From Mobula hypostoma (Eukaryota), in the NCBI RefSeq assembly GCF_963921235.1, contig NC_086097.1:41480001-41544000 (forward strand): 64,000 nt of DNA, given 5' to 3'. The translations under genes and the position numbers were made by a program. Below the pieces are notes generated by a model. It was not told the DNA's origin. It made no database searches and worked only from the letters and a program-made list of their open reading frames with translations. Shown here one piece after another: positions 38,646 to 51,860 of the stretch; position 1 is the stretch's first letter, and every line of letters begins with the position of its first letter.

Positions 38646-41154
38646 CAGTGAGCCAAATGCTGAAACAATGAGTTTGTCAAGTTATCAGAGATTAACCGTA
38701 TATAGTTGCATTCATAAACTAAACTACCAGGGAACTACTAGCTGAAAAGAAAACTCAGTTAAACTGAGTACTTTAGTGAAGTTGTGTATAACCATTGAAT
38801 ACAATGACTTCCATTTATAAACATCTCTGTTGGGCCAGGGAATTGACAGGGAGGTGTACCTTCATGATTTTGTCATGAGACAAAATACATACATGGAACA
38901 TACATGGTACATACAAAATACATACATGGTACATGAAACTGATCTACAAATTTCTCAGGCAAAGATGTGAAGTGCTTATGAATTGACAAAGTACATAGAA
39001 ATCCAGTGTGTCAGACAAGTCCAGTTTATATTTTTTTGTTAATTCTAACAGTTTTTCATAATTGTAGGTGAGACTGTTCATGTCTGTGAAGGAGTGAATT
39101 TTTAATGGTTGGTGAGGACCCTTAATTGAGAGAAAAATTGAAGTGGGAATTATAAAGTGAAGAACAACAGAAAATGTTGAAATTGAACAAACATAATTTA
39201 TGGAAGTATAACCAGCAGACAACTGCACCAAGCAATTTTAACATTGACAAGGTTTATTCAACAGCTTGACCAGATGCTTTTTATGATGAACTAAATTATA
39301 GCTAATCTGAAAATATTATTTTTTTTGTGAGTACAATACATCCACAAGACACTAATGCAATTAATTTATTCTGCAAGTAAAACTTAGTTAATACCTTATG
39401 TGCTCAGGAAATCTAAATATTGCTTATCATATTGATGAGTTTAATAATCACGATGGACATTAACTGTTGTGTACTGGTAATTCCAAATGTGCAATGTTCC
39501 CGTCAGTGATAATTCATTACTAAGAGCAGAAAAAGACCCAGTTTGGTGGGATATTAACCAGCTTAATTACAGAGACTGAAGCCTAATTACAGCTCAGGGT
39601 TTTTACACAGCCTTTCAGAAATGAAATACAGGCTTCCGCTGTGTGAGCCATACATGGCATCCCTTCAAGGAGGTCACTTGTAATGGATCATTGAACACTC
39701 CTTGGGCTGAATTACAAAAATCAGACCGAATTTACATCAAAGGCAGTACAGATATATCAGAACACTGCTCTATGGAACAACTTCAGCAGTTATCAGAAGG
39801 TCAGCAAAAGATGGTTTTAGAGCGGATGCTTTCAAGTGTCAGTGTAATATTTATTGAAGAGATAAAGTGCTACGTGATATGAATGAGATGGATAGATACG
39901 ATTAAGATACGAAGATAAAAAATTAATAGGGAGACATATCCATTGATATAGTGAAAGGTACAGACAGACATGAAATTAAAACATCATGAAACATTAGAAT
40001 ATTGTGTTTCTGCTTCCACAAAACTCCATAAATGTATATTTGTTTCAAATGGATCAAAAAATCACTGGAATGACAGTTTGCTATATTCATTAACTGTGAT
40101 GTAGACCATAGTTGATGTCCATCATGTATCAGTAAATGCAGTAATATCAGATTCAATCATATTAAATTAAAACATCATTATACAGTTAATTACACTGATG
40201 TACAGTTAGCTCAGTGTTGGCAAGATATTAAGATATATTGACAATATTATTAATTTAATTTGGAATAAAATGTTATATTTCCAATGAGAAGAATGGCATC
40301 AAGATATTAATAACAACATGAACAATTTAATTAGTGAGTAATGAACTATTAAAGAGACTTTCTATTAGAGGATCAAGTTAGATCTGTGAACTGTTTCACT
40401 CAGTATGCAATGTCTTCTGGATTTTAGTGTGGTCAGTTGTGTAAAAGATAAAATGGGCATGGAATTATTATACTAATATTTAAAATTTATTAATAGGATT
40501 CACAATAAAATATAATGTGAAATTATATTCACAATGTAGCTAATAAATAAAACAGCTAGTATTTTAATAGTACCTTGAGACTACAAACATATCTCAAGCC
40601 ACATCACAACAGTAATCATTAAAAATGAACATTGGGCCAAGAGAAGCCATAAAGTAATATCAATGAATTGATGGTTTTTATATTGATTGCTGATGTAGTT
40701 GTACAACCATGGATTGGGGAGGGGGGAAATTGGGAAAGTAGAGTTTTGGAACAGGTGAGAATAATTAAAGTGACTAATAGAAAAGCATGGCTTGATTATG
40801 CTTTTACACCCTGGACTTTGCTCAGTGATATGTGGCCACAACCTCCTTAAAAGGAGGTCAGCAATGATTGAATCAAGAGATGGCAATGGCTTGGAAAAGA
40901 TTTTCAGCAGAAAGTAAAATGAAATAGAGATTGAAGGCAGAAAAGATTATGGAAGTAGATGTGGACATTCTTTATATATGAAAATAATGTAAGATTTGAA
41001 GTTTGGCTCTCAGCAATGAATGAGTTTATTTAATGCAATTTCTGTCAAGGCTGTGAAGAGAAAGAAAGAATAAAGTTTCTGTTGTGATGGCATCAGTTGC
41101 TTCTCAATAGTTAGTTGGAAGAAATTATGGCTTCTTGAAAACTGGTTGGATTTT

Positions 41155-41395
41155 GGACAGCGGTTAGCATATCATTGTACAGTGTCAGCTGTAAGATCAG
41201 GGTCCGATTCCTGCCACTGTCTGTAAGGAGTTTATACATTTTCCCCATGACCATATGGGCTTTCTCCAGGTGCTCCAGTTTCCTCCTACGTTCCAAAGAC
41301 CTGTGGTTAGGGTTATTAAGTTGTGCTTATGCTTTGTTGGCTCTGGAAGTGTGGTGACACTTGCAGGAGGCCCTGCACAATCCTTGCTGATTTGA
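41155..41395 (+). mobile_element. V-SINE-like SINE
   Basis: gcggttagc...cgattcc...gtctgtaaggagttt...ggtgctccagtttcctcc...tccaaagac core. Confidence 0.7.
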
Positions 41396-42779
41396 TTTCA
41401 ATGTTAAAGTAAACTTACTATCAAAGTACATATATGTTGATGTGGTATTGATGTGGATAGAGAATTGGTTGGCAGACAGGAAGCAAAGAGTGGGAATGAA
41501 TGAGACCTTTTCAGAATGGCAGGCACTGACTATTGGGGTACCGCAAGGCTCAGTGCTGGGACCCCAGTTGTTTACAATATATATTAATGACTTAGACGAG
41601 AGAATTCTGAATTCAGAGAAAGGAGCACCAGAATGAGTATTATAGGTCACAATGCCATTGTGTTAGTTTGGATGGGGTAAATGATGTAAATTGCAGCCAG
41701 ATCTCAAGGATGCGGTAGAGTGAGCAATAGGTGAGAAAGACTGGAGGGAGCATATTGTTGCTACATAATTTGTTAAACTTCATGTAATTGTTCATTTTTA
41801 TGCACCTATCTGAACCAACTAGTTTTAAATTAGCAAAAACAAATCTACCTCACAAATAGAATTGGATTATGTAAATTAAGCTTAATTATAACTTCATTTA
41901 TATGGATTATAAATCGTCACCCACTTGAAATGGAAATTATTCTCTCATACACATAATTGAACACTCTTCCTTTGAAACTAATGAGGATATTGCTTTAAAA
42001 GTAAAGAGCTGTTGACTTACATTTTGTCATAATTAAAACAAAGATGTATTAGCATAATTAACTTATATTTGTTTCCAACTTTGCAAAACTATTTCTATGA
42101 TTAAGTAATAGAATAGAATAGAATTTATAAAGTTGAAATAGAATGTTCTATTTTAGAAAGGTAATATTTTGACTTTTAGGGTAAATTGACACAACTGTCT
42201 CTAGGCTTTTCATTGCTCTGCAGTACCTCCTTTTCATTCTGAATTATTATTCGTGCAATGCACATGTAATACAATGCCCATTTTCTTCATTGGTAAAATG
42301 TAGTTAGTATATTAATGCTGCACAAGGCCACTGCTGAAAACATCGTAGCAGTAATTGGACTTGCAATATTTATCTATCTCACTAAGAATAGCGCTAAATA
42401 TTTTTACAATAAATTGAACACAAAGGCTTACAGGATGCTCCTCACATCCCAGAGTGAGGGAATTTTTAAGTGCCTATTTTAAATGTAGGTTTATAAATGA
42501 AAGTTAGCATTTGCTAAATTGTTTTCTCAGCCATTACAGTACTTAACAGGGCATGATTAAGGCTGCTTAAACATTGGTCCACTCAAAATTTCTCTGTGGT
42601 GCTTTACAGGGTATTTAATAAGAGGTCACATTTAATTACAGTCACCTCTATTGTATTCACATTGCGATTATAAAAAGAATACTTTTCTGAACTGCATTTT
42701 CATGCAAACTACACATGGGTTACAAAACACTGAAGTTTTTAAAACAAGCTCAGACTGGGAATTTTCAAGAATACTACGC

Positions 42780-43745
42780 AGTTCCTAATGTTTGAGCTAA
42801 GCACCGCTCTAATGCCATATTTCAGTTTGCTGAAGGCACCAGTGTCGTCGGCCGAATCAAAGGTGGCGATAAATTTGCACATAGGAGGGAGTATGAAAAT
42901 CTGGCCAAGTGGTGCCACATTAACAACCTCTCACACAATGTTAGCAAGACAAAGGAGCTGGTTATTGACTTCAGGAGGAGGAAAGCGGGGGTCCATAAGC
43001 CGGTCCTCATTGGGAGATCAGAAGTGGAGAGAGTCAGCAACTTTAACTTCCTTGACGTTATTGTTTGAGAGGATCTGCCCTGGGCCCAGCACATAAATGC
43101 CATTACGAAGGAAGCACGGCAGTGCCTCTATTTCTTAGAAGATTCACATATTTAAAACTTTGACAAACTTCTGTGTAGTGAAGAGTATATTGGCTGGTTA
43201 CATCATGGCCTGATATTGAAACACCAAAGCCTTGAATGGAAAGCCCTACATAAAGTAATGGAATTGGCCCAGTCCATCACAGGTAAAGCCCTCCCTATCA
43301 CTGACACATCTATACGGAGTGCTTTTGCGGGGCGGGAGCATCCATCATCAAGGCCCCTCTCCATCCAGGCCATTCTCTCCTTTCATTGTCTCCATCAGGA
43401 AGAAGGTACAGGAGCTACAGGACCAACACCAACAGGTTCAGGAACAGTTACTACACCTTAACCATGAGGATAACTTCACTCAACCCACTACTAAACTGTC
43501 TCCACAATCTATGGACTCTTCATCTCATATTCTCAATATTTATTGCTTATTTATTATTTTTTCTTTAGTATTTTCACAATTTTCTTGTCTGTTGCATTTT
43601 GTTTATGCATCCTGTTGGGTGCAGTCTTTCACTAATTCTATTGTGTTTGTCTGATTTACTGTGAATGCCTGCAAGAAAATTAATGTTAGGGTTGTATATA
43701 GTGCCATACGTGTATATTGATAATAGATTTAATTTGAACTTTGAA
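42780..43745 (+). mobile_element. Rex1/Babar- or L2-like LINE 3' fragment
   Basis: agtttgctga(FAD)...KTKEL...FNFL, SGRRYRS..TNRFRNSY motifs. tgataata...tttgaactttga tail. Confidence 0.8.
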
Positions 43746-44611
43746 TGGTTTGTATAGTATGCTTACACTATTTCTATTTACCTTCTATTTTAACCAAGGC
43801 ACAGAATTGTTAATTCAAATAGTTTAATAAATGGTTGAATGATAGGACTACGTAACTACTAAATTCATAAAGGTAATGCATATCTATTGCAAATGTAGTT
43901 CTTTATATGGATTCAAGTTGCATTAAAAATTGACTTTAATATCTTTGAGAAAAGTGCCTGCAAAAACCAAAAGGCTTCTGAACAATCTAATTATGGCACA
44001 TGCAGCTGCCATAGCTATCATAGATCATGCAAATCTGGCTCTGTAATGCTTAGTCACATAAAACACTACATTTTAAGTTGCTAAATCCTTTGAGCTCATA
44101 GATGAAAGGATGACAAAACTGGCAAGTTCTAAAGGATTTGCACTAAGGAATAGAATGAACCTCTGGTATGTGGATACCATCTTTGATTTATTTTCATCAT
44201 TTCAGTCTCATTTTTCCCTTTGTTGAACGTGGCCAAAAGTGACTTTGAAGGGACAGTTTGAAGTGAACATGCAAGAGACACTGGATTTATGAAGATCTGC
44301 TTTTGACTGAAATGTGAAAACAATTTTTCCCATTACCGCAAGAACTTCTCTATGTCACCGATATCTTTGACAAAGTAATTCACCTCCTGGTAGTCAGGTA
44401 TAAAAAAATTAAATATTAGACACTGAGACGCATTAGTTGTTAGACCAGATGACCATGAGATTTTTGTTTCAGTAGGTGTACTTGATGTCAACAGAACGGA
44501 ATTCAATTTGGAGTTAGTCTTTTTCTAGTTCTCTGTAATTCTTAAACTGCCTGGTTCCTGGCTAAGTATTTATATATCTGGCCTTTCTCTGTAATTTTTT
44601 ATATTCCTTCC

Positions 44612-46801
44612 TGTTGTGTTTTTTATAGGAACCGTGAGTTACTCATAAAGACACATATACTGGAAGAACATAACTAGAACTTTTATTTAACAGCAAATAG
44701 AAACCATGTCTTAACATACAAGCTTCTCGATCATTCTGTCAGTTATGCGCCTGCTCATAACTCCGTCCAATCACGTTCTTACATGTGACACGTGATATCA
44801 CCCCATTTTCCTTTCCTTAAAAAGAAAACAATTAGCAACATTAATCAGAACAAATACATAATTTAACATGTCTCTATCAGTCTCTCTGGGGATTTACTAA
44901 CACGAGTAGACCTAAGTAGTTCACACAGTTCTTGTGTTTCATTGTTATTTTCATGTTTCGTCTGGTCTGCATCAGTAAGGGGAAACTCTGAAGTTGGCTC
45001 TTCCTTGAGGTCTTTAAGAAGAAATTGTAATTCATTCATTAACTGTGTAATCTCTTTTTTATGCTGAGACTTCATCATTTCAATAAAACTTCTCAATTCC
45101 TTCACTTGTGCTTTCATTTCTTCAAATGGATCCTGATTCTTGCCACTCTTCGGCTTCAGATCAGTATTGTACTGTACCGGTAAGTTTGGTTTTGGTGGCG
45201 GGGCTTTGTCAGATGCTGGTAACAAAGGGATGGGTCTGGGATCTTTCTTTATGACTTCTTTTACTTTTGCCGCATTGGAACCAAATTCTGTTCTCTCTCT
45301 CTCTCTTTCATCAAGTCACTGTATTCTGACTCTGTGTCACTGTCCAGGACTAAAACTCTTTTTACCAAGTTCAGTTTCTCACAGGCAGATAGACCCAGTA
45401 TTGACTATACATTTTTTGGCACTACCACAAATGAAAGCATGTGCTCAATATTCTTGTGTGATACTTTGACCACACATGTTTCTTTAACTGGAATGTCTGC
45501 ACCTGAATACCCAGTCACTTTTATATTTGTCTGATGTAACTTTGGTCTTGGCTTTAATGCATTAAACTCAGATTCTGCAAGAACATTTACTTGTGCTCCA
45601 GTATCCAGTTGAAACAGAATATTGTTTTAGTTCACTTGCAATGGCATAGTCCAGTCATTCTTACTTTCTTTGTTTTCACAAAGCAAATCAATGTAAAACT
45701 CCTCACGTTCATTTTCAAGTACTGCATTTACATGTTTTATTTCCTTTCTACTTCTGCAACAGCGTGAAAAATGATTAATCTTACCACAGTTGTTGCACAG
45801 TTTCCAATATGCTGGACAGATTTTAGGTCGGTGCTGCCACCCACAGTGATCACAAAGTTTTTTTTTCAAACGACGTCTTGCTCTCTATTGGTTTCTAGTC
45901 GCTTCATTATTTTTTCTAACATGTTCATGGTTATTCACAGCGTGTTCGCTGCAGTTCTCAATAAAAAGCTCTTTAGCCTGTGACTTTACGGTTTCTGGAG
46001 CTTTTCAGAGAATCAAAGCTTTTTCCAAATTTACGTCTGGTTCCCTTAAGAGTCTTTCTCTCACAGCATTATCCAGAATGCTGCAAACAATTCTGTCTTT
46101 AACAAGAGATTCCGTCAGCTCTGCAAACTCGCTTGTCTTACTGTGGTTTCTCAATTCTGTAACAAATTGATCAATCGTTTGACCAGCTTTCTGCTTGCAT
46201 GTAAAGAATTTATACTGTTCATATGTCACATTGCGCTTCGGTATACAAAATCACTCAAACTTGTCGATTATTGCTCTTAGGTTCAAATTATCTCCATCTT
46301 GAAAAGTAAGATGGTTATATACCTCAATTGCGTCATCCCCAATCACGTGGAATAGAACTGCAGCTTTTGTTTTCTCCATTTTATTATCTGCTCCGATTGC
46401 CAATAAATAAATTTCAAAACTCTGTTTAAATCTTTTCCAGTTTTCAGCTACATTTCCAGTCAGCTGAAGTGTTGATGGGGGTTGCAAAACTTCCATTGTT
46501 AAAGCTGTTAGCAAACAAAGAAAAAGTTCACACTTTTTTTTCCAATTATTTTCGCTTCTCCCATGTTAGCAAAACGAATTATTCTTCCAGACTGACTTCT
46601 GACACCATGTTGTGTTCTTTATAGGTACCATGGGTTACTCATAAAGACACATATTCTGGAAGAACATAACTAGAACTTTTATTTAACAGCAAACACCAAC
46701 CACATCTTAACATACAAGCTTCTCAATCATTCTGTCAGTTCTGCTCATGCTCATAACTCCGTCCAATCACATTCTTACACGTGACATGTGATATCACCAC
46801 A
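44612..46801 (-). mobile_element. Non-autonomous gypsy-type LTR element (gag-protease remnant, foreign insert, integrase tail)
   Basis: 194-bp LTRs at 44612-44805 and 46608-46801, TG...CA, ~18 differences by eye. CTTCC target-site duplication (44607-44611 and 46802-46806). PBS TGGTGTCAGAAG and PPT. Gag LQLTGNVAENWKRFKQSF, double Zn knuckle, protease FQLDTGAQVNVL. Confidence 0.92.
45030..45295 (-). pseudogene. SH3KBP1: Captured fragment resembling the SH3KBP1 (CIN85) C-terminal Pro-rich and coiled-coil region
   Basis: SDKAPPPKP...TDLKPK...FEEMKAQVKELRSFIEMMKSQHKKEITQLMNEL versus recalled human SH3KBP1 SDNKASLPPKP...TEGKPK...[33 protein letters not shown]. Confidence 0.72.
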
Positions 46802-47359
46802 CTTCCCACGGTCTGGATTTTGTTGTTCCATCCCAAATATCCCAAAACTGAGGAGGAAGTTAAGAGTCAAGCTTATTGGTGTGTCTGGAACTGCATATAA
46901 GACAGACAGTGTGAGAGGATGGCAGAATTCCTTCCCTAGAGCACATCAGTGAATCAGATTGTTTTTTTAATGATGATCCAGTTGTTTCATAGCTACTGAG
47001 ATTAGCTTTTTTAATTCCAATGTATTTATTACTTTGTTTTAAATTTTCCAATTGCCATGGAGCATCTGGACCTGTGTCTCTGGATCAATGGTCCAGAAGC
47101 CAGTGAGATGATCAAATAATTTATCTCTGTGTTGCCGTGCCTCTGAGACATTTAGTTTGGGTTTGCTGCTGGAAGACTCTGTAGCTTGACATTTTCATGT
47201 CAAAAATTATATGCTGTTGAAAGTACTGTGCTGGCACCAGCTTCCAAATCAAGGGTCATGATCAGTCAGTGACAATCCAGCAGTCCTCTACAATCTCGTG
47301 AAATCAAATCTGCAGTATTTTCAGAGAGGTGATGCAAAATTACTGGATGAAATCCAGTC

Positions 47360-50210
47360 ACAGAATCATAGAGCTGTATAGTAAGGAATCAAGCCCTTTA
47401 AACCACATCATCTATACTAGTCGAGATGTATGTCCAAGTAAGTCCCAAGTCTGGGCCATATCCTACTGAATCTTTTCTATCCATGTACCTGTTCTAATTT
47501 CTCTTCAATATTGTAATTGAATCCTCTGGCTACTCATTTCACATACCAACCATTTTCTATTTGAAAAATCTTCCCCTTGGGTCCCCTTCAATTTTTCTTC
47601 TGTAATAGATTGTGTCTTTGTCTTGTAGTTTTAGGAGTCCCTGACCCTATGACCCTTAGGCTTCAATATCTCTGTAAGGTCATCCCCTCAGCTTCCTGTG
47701 CTATTCACCTACCTTGCCTCATGGTGTAGCTCAAGTCCTGGAGTCCTGGTGCCATTCCCGTGACTTCTTTCTCCACTCCTTCCAGCTTAATGATATCCTT
47801 CCCATAACTGGGCCACCAGAATTACACACAATCCTTCAAATGTGGTCTCATCGACAACAAGTATTATTGTAATATGACATCCCAACTCCTGTACTTAATG
47901 TCCTGTCAGATGAAAGCAAACACACTAATGCCACTTTCACCATCCTACATACCTGTATCTCCACTTTCAGAGAACTATGTGTCTGTACCCTTAGGTCTCT
48001 TTGTTCCACAGCACTCTTGAGGGCTCTGTCATTGGCACTGGTGAGGCTTCACCTTGAGTATTGCGAACAGTTTTGGGCCCCTCATCTTAGAAAAGATGTG
48101 CTGGCACTGGAGAGGGTTCAGAGGAGGTTCACAAGGGTGATTTTCGAATGAAAGGGTTATCATACGAAGAACGTTTGATAGCTTCGGGTCTGTACCTTCT
48201 GGAATTTACAAGGATGAGGGGAAAACTCATTGCAACCTTTTGAATGTTGATAGGTCTAGACAGAGTAGATGTGGAAAGAATGTTTTCCATAGTGGAGGAG
48301 TCTAGGACAAGAGGGCACAGCCTCAGAATTAAACGGTGTCCATTTGAAACAGAGATGCCCGCAGAGAATTTTCTTTAGCCAGAGGGTGGTGAATTTGTGG
48401 GATTTGTTACCACAGGCAGCTGTGGAGACCAAGTCGTTGGGTGTACTTAAGGCAGAGCTTGATAGGTTCTTGACTGGACTCAGCATCAAAGGTTACGGGG
48501 AGAAGGTCAGAGAATGGGGCTGAGCAAGGGACAAAAGGATCAGCAATGATTGAATAGTGGAACAGACTCGATGGGCTAAATGGCCTAATTCTATTCTCAT
48601 GATCTTATGTTCCTTTAAAATGTTATATGGTGTAACATTGTACAGTATAAAAAAAGTGAATTAATATTACATTAGAGACTGACATGGTACAGGTGCAGTA
48701 TCCAATAGTCCAGAAAATCTGCTTGCCTGGCAAAACTAAAGTCCCAAGTGTGCCTGGATATCAGAGTTTTACTGTACGTGGGGAAAAAAAATTCTTGCAA
48801 CGGTTTGCAATTTCCAAAGTTAATTTTCTAAACTCATAAAAGCTGATTTGGTTAAACCACATAAAACTTGCTGGCAGATTGATGAATCTAGCACAAAGCT
48901 ATTCACATTGGGAGCTTACAGTGATACCTCAACTCTCAAACGATAGAAAAGCTGCTGCTATTCATAGCTGAACACCCCACACAGAATCATCATCAAGCAC
49001 CACAGCACAGAGACGGACCCCTTGGCCCATTTAGTCCAGACAGAATTGTTATTCAGCCTGCTCCCATTGACCCACACGAGGACAATTGCCCCTCATACTC
49101 CTCCCAGCCACGTACACATCCAACTTCTCTTAAGCATAATCAAACCCACATCCACTACTTCCACTGTCAGACCATTCCACACTAACACCATCCTCAGAGA
49201 GAAGAAGTTGCCTCTCAGTTTGCCTTTAAATATTTCCCCTCTCACCCTTATCCTACGACCACTATCACCTAATCTCAGTGGAAAGAGCCTATTTGCATTT
49301 AGCCAATTTATACCCTTCATGATTTTATATACCACTATCAAATTTCCCATCGTTCTCCTACGCTCCATGGAATAAAGTGGAAACATTTTCAACCCTTCCC
49401 TATAACTCAGGTCCTCAAGTCCCAGCAACATGCTGGTAAAGCTTCTCTGCGCTCTTTCAAGTTTATTGATATTTTTCCTGTCGGTAGGTGACCAGAACTG
49501 CATATAATACTCCAAATTTGGTCTCACCAATGTCTTATACAACTTAAATGTAACATTCCAACTCCTGTACCTAAGCTTGGATCTATGAAGGCTAATTTGC
49601 CAAAAGCTTGCTTTACAACCCTATCCATCTGTGTTGCCACTTTCAAGGAATAATGGATCTGTTTTGCCAGATCCATGTATTCTACCACGTGCCTCAGTAC
49701 CCTATTGTTCACTGGGTAAGTCCTACCCTGCTTTGTCCTCCCAAAGTGCAACACCTCACTTTTGTCAGCACTAAACTCCATCAGCCATTTGTCAGCCCCA
49801 GCTAGTTCAGATCCTGCTGCGAGCTTTAATGGCCCTCCTCCCTGTCCACTACCACCCCAAACTTGGTGTCATCCTCAAATTTGCTGATCCAGTTTACCAA
49901 TCCAATTATCATCCAATTCATTAATATAGATGATAAACAGGAAAGGACTCAGCAGCATTCCCTGCGTCACACCACCAATCGCAGGCTTCCAATCAGAGTG
50001 GCAGCCATCTACTGCCTCCTCTGGCTTATCCCATTAAGCCAATGGTGAATCAAATTGACTACTTCATCCAGAATGCCAAGCGACTGAACTAGCCTACCAT
50101 GTGGGGCTTTGTTAGAGGCCTTGCTAAAGTCCACGTAGACAATGTTCAATGCCTTTCCTTCATCAACGTTCCTGGTAATTTCTTCGAAAATCTCTACAAG
50201 ACTGGTTAGA
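47360..50210. mobile_element. Cluster of degenerate CR1 fragments (47360-48030 minus, 48030-48610 plus, 48985-50210 minus)
   Basis: LVRPNLEYYMQFWSP and VYVDFSKASNKAPHG motifs plus CR1 3' UTRs. Confidence 0.85.
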
Positions 50211-50351
50211 TAGACAAACAACATTAATAAATGACTTCAGTTGATGTGCCTTACAGGAATGGGAGTTGTTGATGATTTGATGAGGTTAGTTTGTTAATGT
50301 GAAGTTATCTACACCACTGGACTGATCTTAATGCAACTCCATATAATGTAA

Positions 50352-50802
50352 CTGTTATATGTTGAAAGATTGGAGCGACTGGGGTTGTATACACTGGAAC
50401 TTAGAAGGATGAGAGGGGATCTGATTGAAACATATAAGATTATTAAGGGATTGGACACGCTAGAGGCAGGAAACATGTTCCCGATGTTGGGGGAGTCCAG
50501 AACCAGAGGCCGCAGTTTAAGAATAAGAGGTAGACCATTTAGAACAGAGTTGAGGAAAAACTTTTTCACACAGAGGGTTGTGGTTCTGTGGAATGCTCTG
50601 CCTCAGAAGGCAGTGGAGGCCAATTTTCTGGATGCTTTCAAGAAAAGAGTTAGATAGAGCTCTTAAAGATAGCGGAGTGAAGGGATATGGGGACAAGGCA
50701 GGAAAAGGGTACTGATTGTGGATGATCAGCCATGATCACAATGAATAGTGGTGCTGGCACTAAGGGCTGAATGGCCTACTCCTGCACCTATTGTCTATTG
50801 TC
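50352..50802 (+). mobile_element. Short 5'-truncated CR1
   Basis: LERLGLYTLELRRMRGDLIETYKI...FFTQRVV, then 3' UTR and ctattgt tail. Confidence 0.92.
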
Positions 50803-51704
50803 CATATACAATGGATGAAAAGGAGGACAATTCTGAAGTACATAAGTAGGTCAGTTGGTAACAGAGAGATTAATCAGTAACTACTTCATTTTCCGAAAGT
50901 TTTATACACTGTCATTACCCCGGTAATGACAATGCAAGTTGAAGCATATCAATAATTTCAAGTACTCCATGTCCATTGGCGTTCTCACAGTTCACTTATT
51001 ACTTTAGTTCATTCTAAAATTAGCAGGTAGCTTTCTTTCTCTTTTGCTTTTGCCTTTTTTAAAATTTTAGACAGCTGTAGGAGCAGTAAATATGATAGTG
51101 CAGCCTTAATGTGTGGGTTAATATTGGGTTCTGTGTTGCTTTCTCAACATTTTTATTCCTATATATAGAAATCATTTAACAAATGTTACACTGTATGTTA
51201 CAAGGATAATTTCCCCAGACAGTCCTGAGAAGGATCTCAGCCTGAACCATCGACTGTTTATTCATTTCCATAGATGCTGCCTGACCTGCTGAATTACTCC
51301 AGCGTTTTGTGTGTGTTGATCTGGATTTACAGCATCTGCAGAATCTCTTGTGTTTATGATTAGACTGGAATTGTATTTACTATCTAATGCCAGCTGGTCA
51401 CAATAACTTTGAAGGTAATTTCTACAACTAAACTTATCATTCAGGAGGTTGTCCATCAGGGAGACTTTTTTTTCTGTTTGTATGGAATTCTAGAATCAAT
51501 TAAGTTGAAATCAGTTGAAGAAGTAATGCTGGGAAAATTGTTTTGAACGTTAAATTAACCTCTTATCAGATTTTTTTTAAACTACTGGATCTGAAGTTTT
51601 TCAAATCACTCAATAGGCACTTAAGCTTCTACAGGTATTCAGATATGTAATGTCAGATGCATCCAGTATAACATAGTTAGAGATGTGCATGTGTCTGTTA
51701 ACAG

Positions 51705-51860
51705 GAGAATTCAACTGTGCATTTGAAAATGATAAGATCTGTGGATTCACTCAAGACCGGCTTGATAATTTTGATTGGACGAGGCAAAGTGCTTCAACTA
51801 GGAATCCAAAGTATACTCCAAATACAGGACCAAGTGCTGATCGAAGTGGCTCCAAGCAAG
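51705..51860 (+). CDS. MDGA2: MDGA2 internal coding exon (start of MAM domain), phase 1 to 1
   Basis: Translates (G)[51 protein letters not shown](G), matching recalled MDGA2 [56 protein letters not shown] acceptor and AG|GTAAAG donor. Joins in frame with exon 1214-1394 (KYTDGEFNC). Confidence 0.93.

Noticed and set aside
38880..38935. catacatgg(t/a)a short tandem repeat
   Set aside because: Ordinary low-copy simple repeat.
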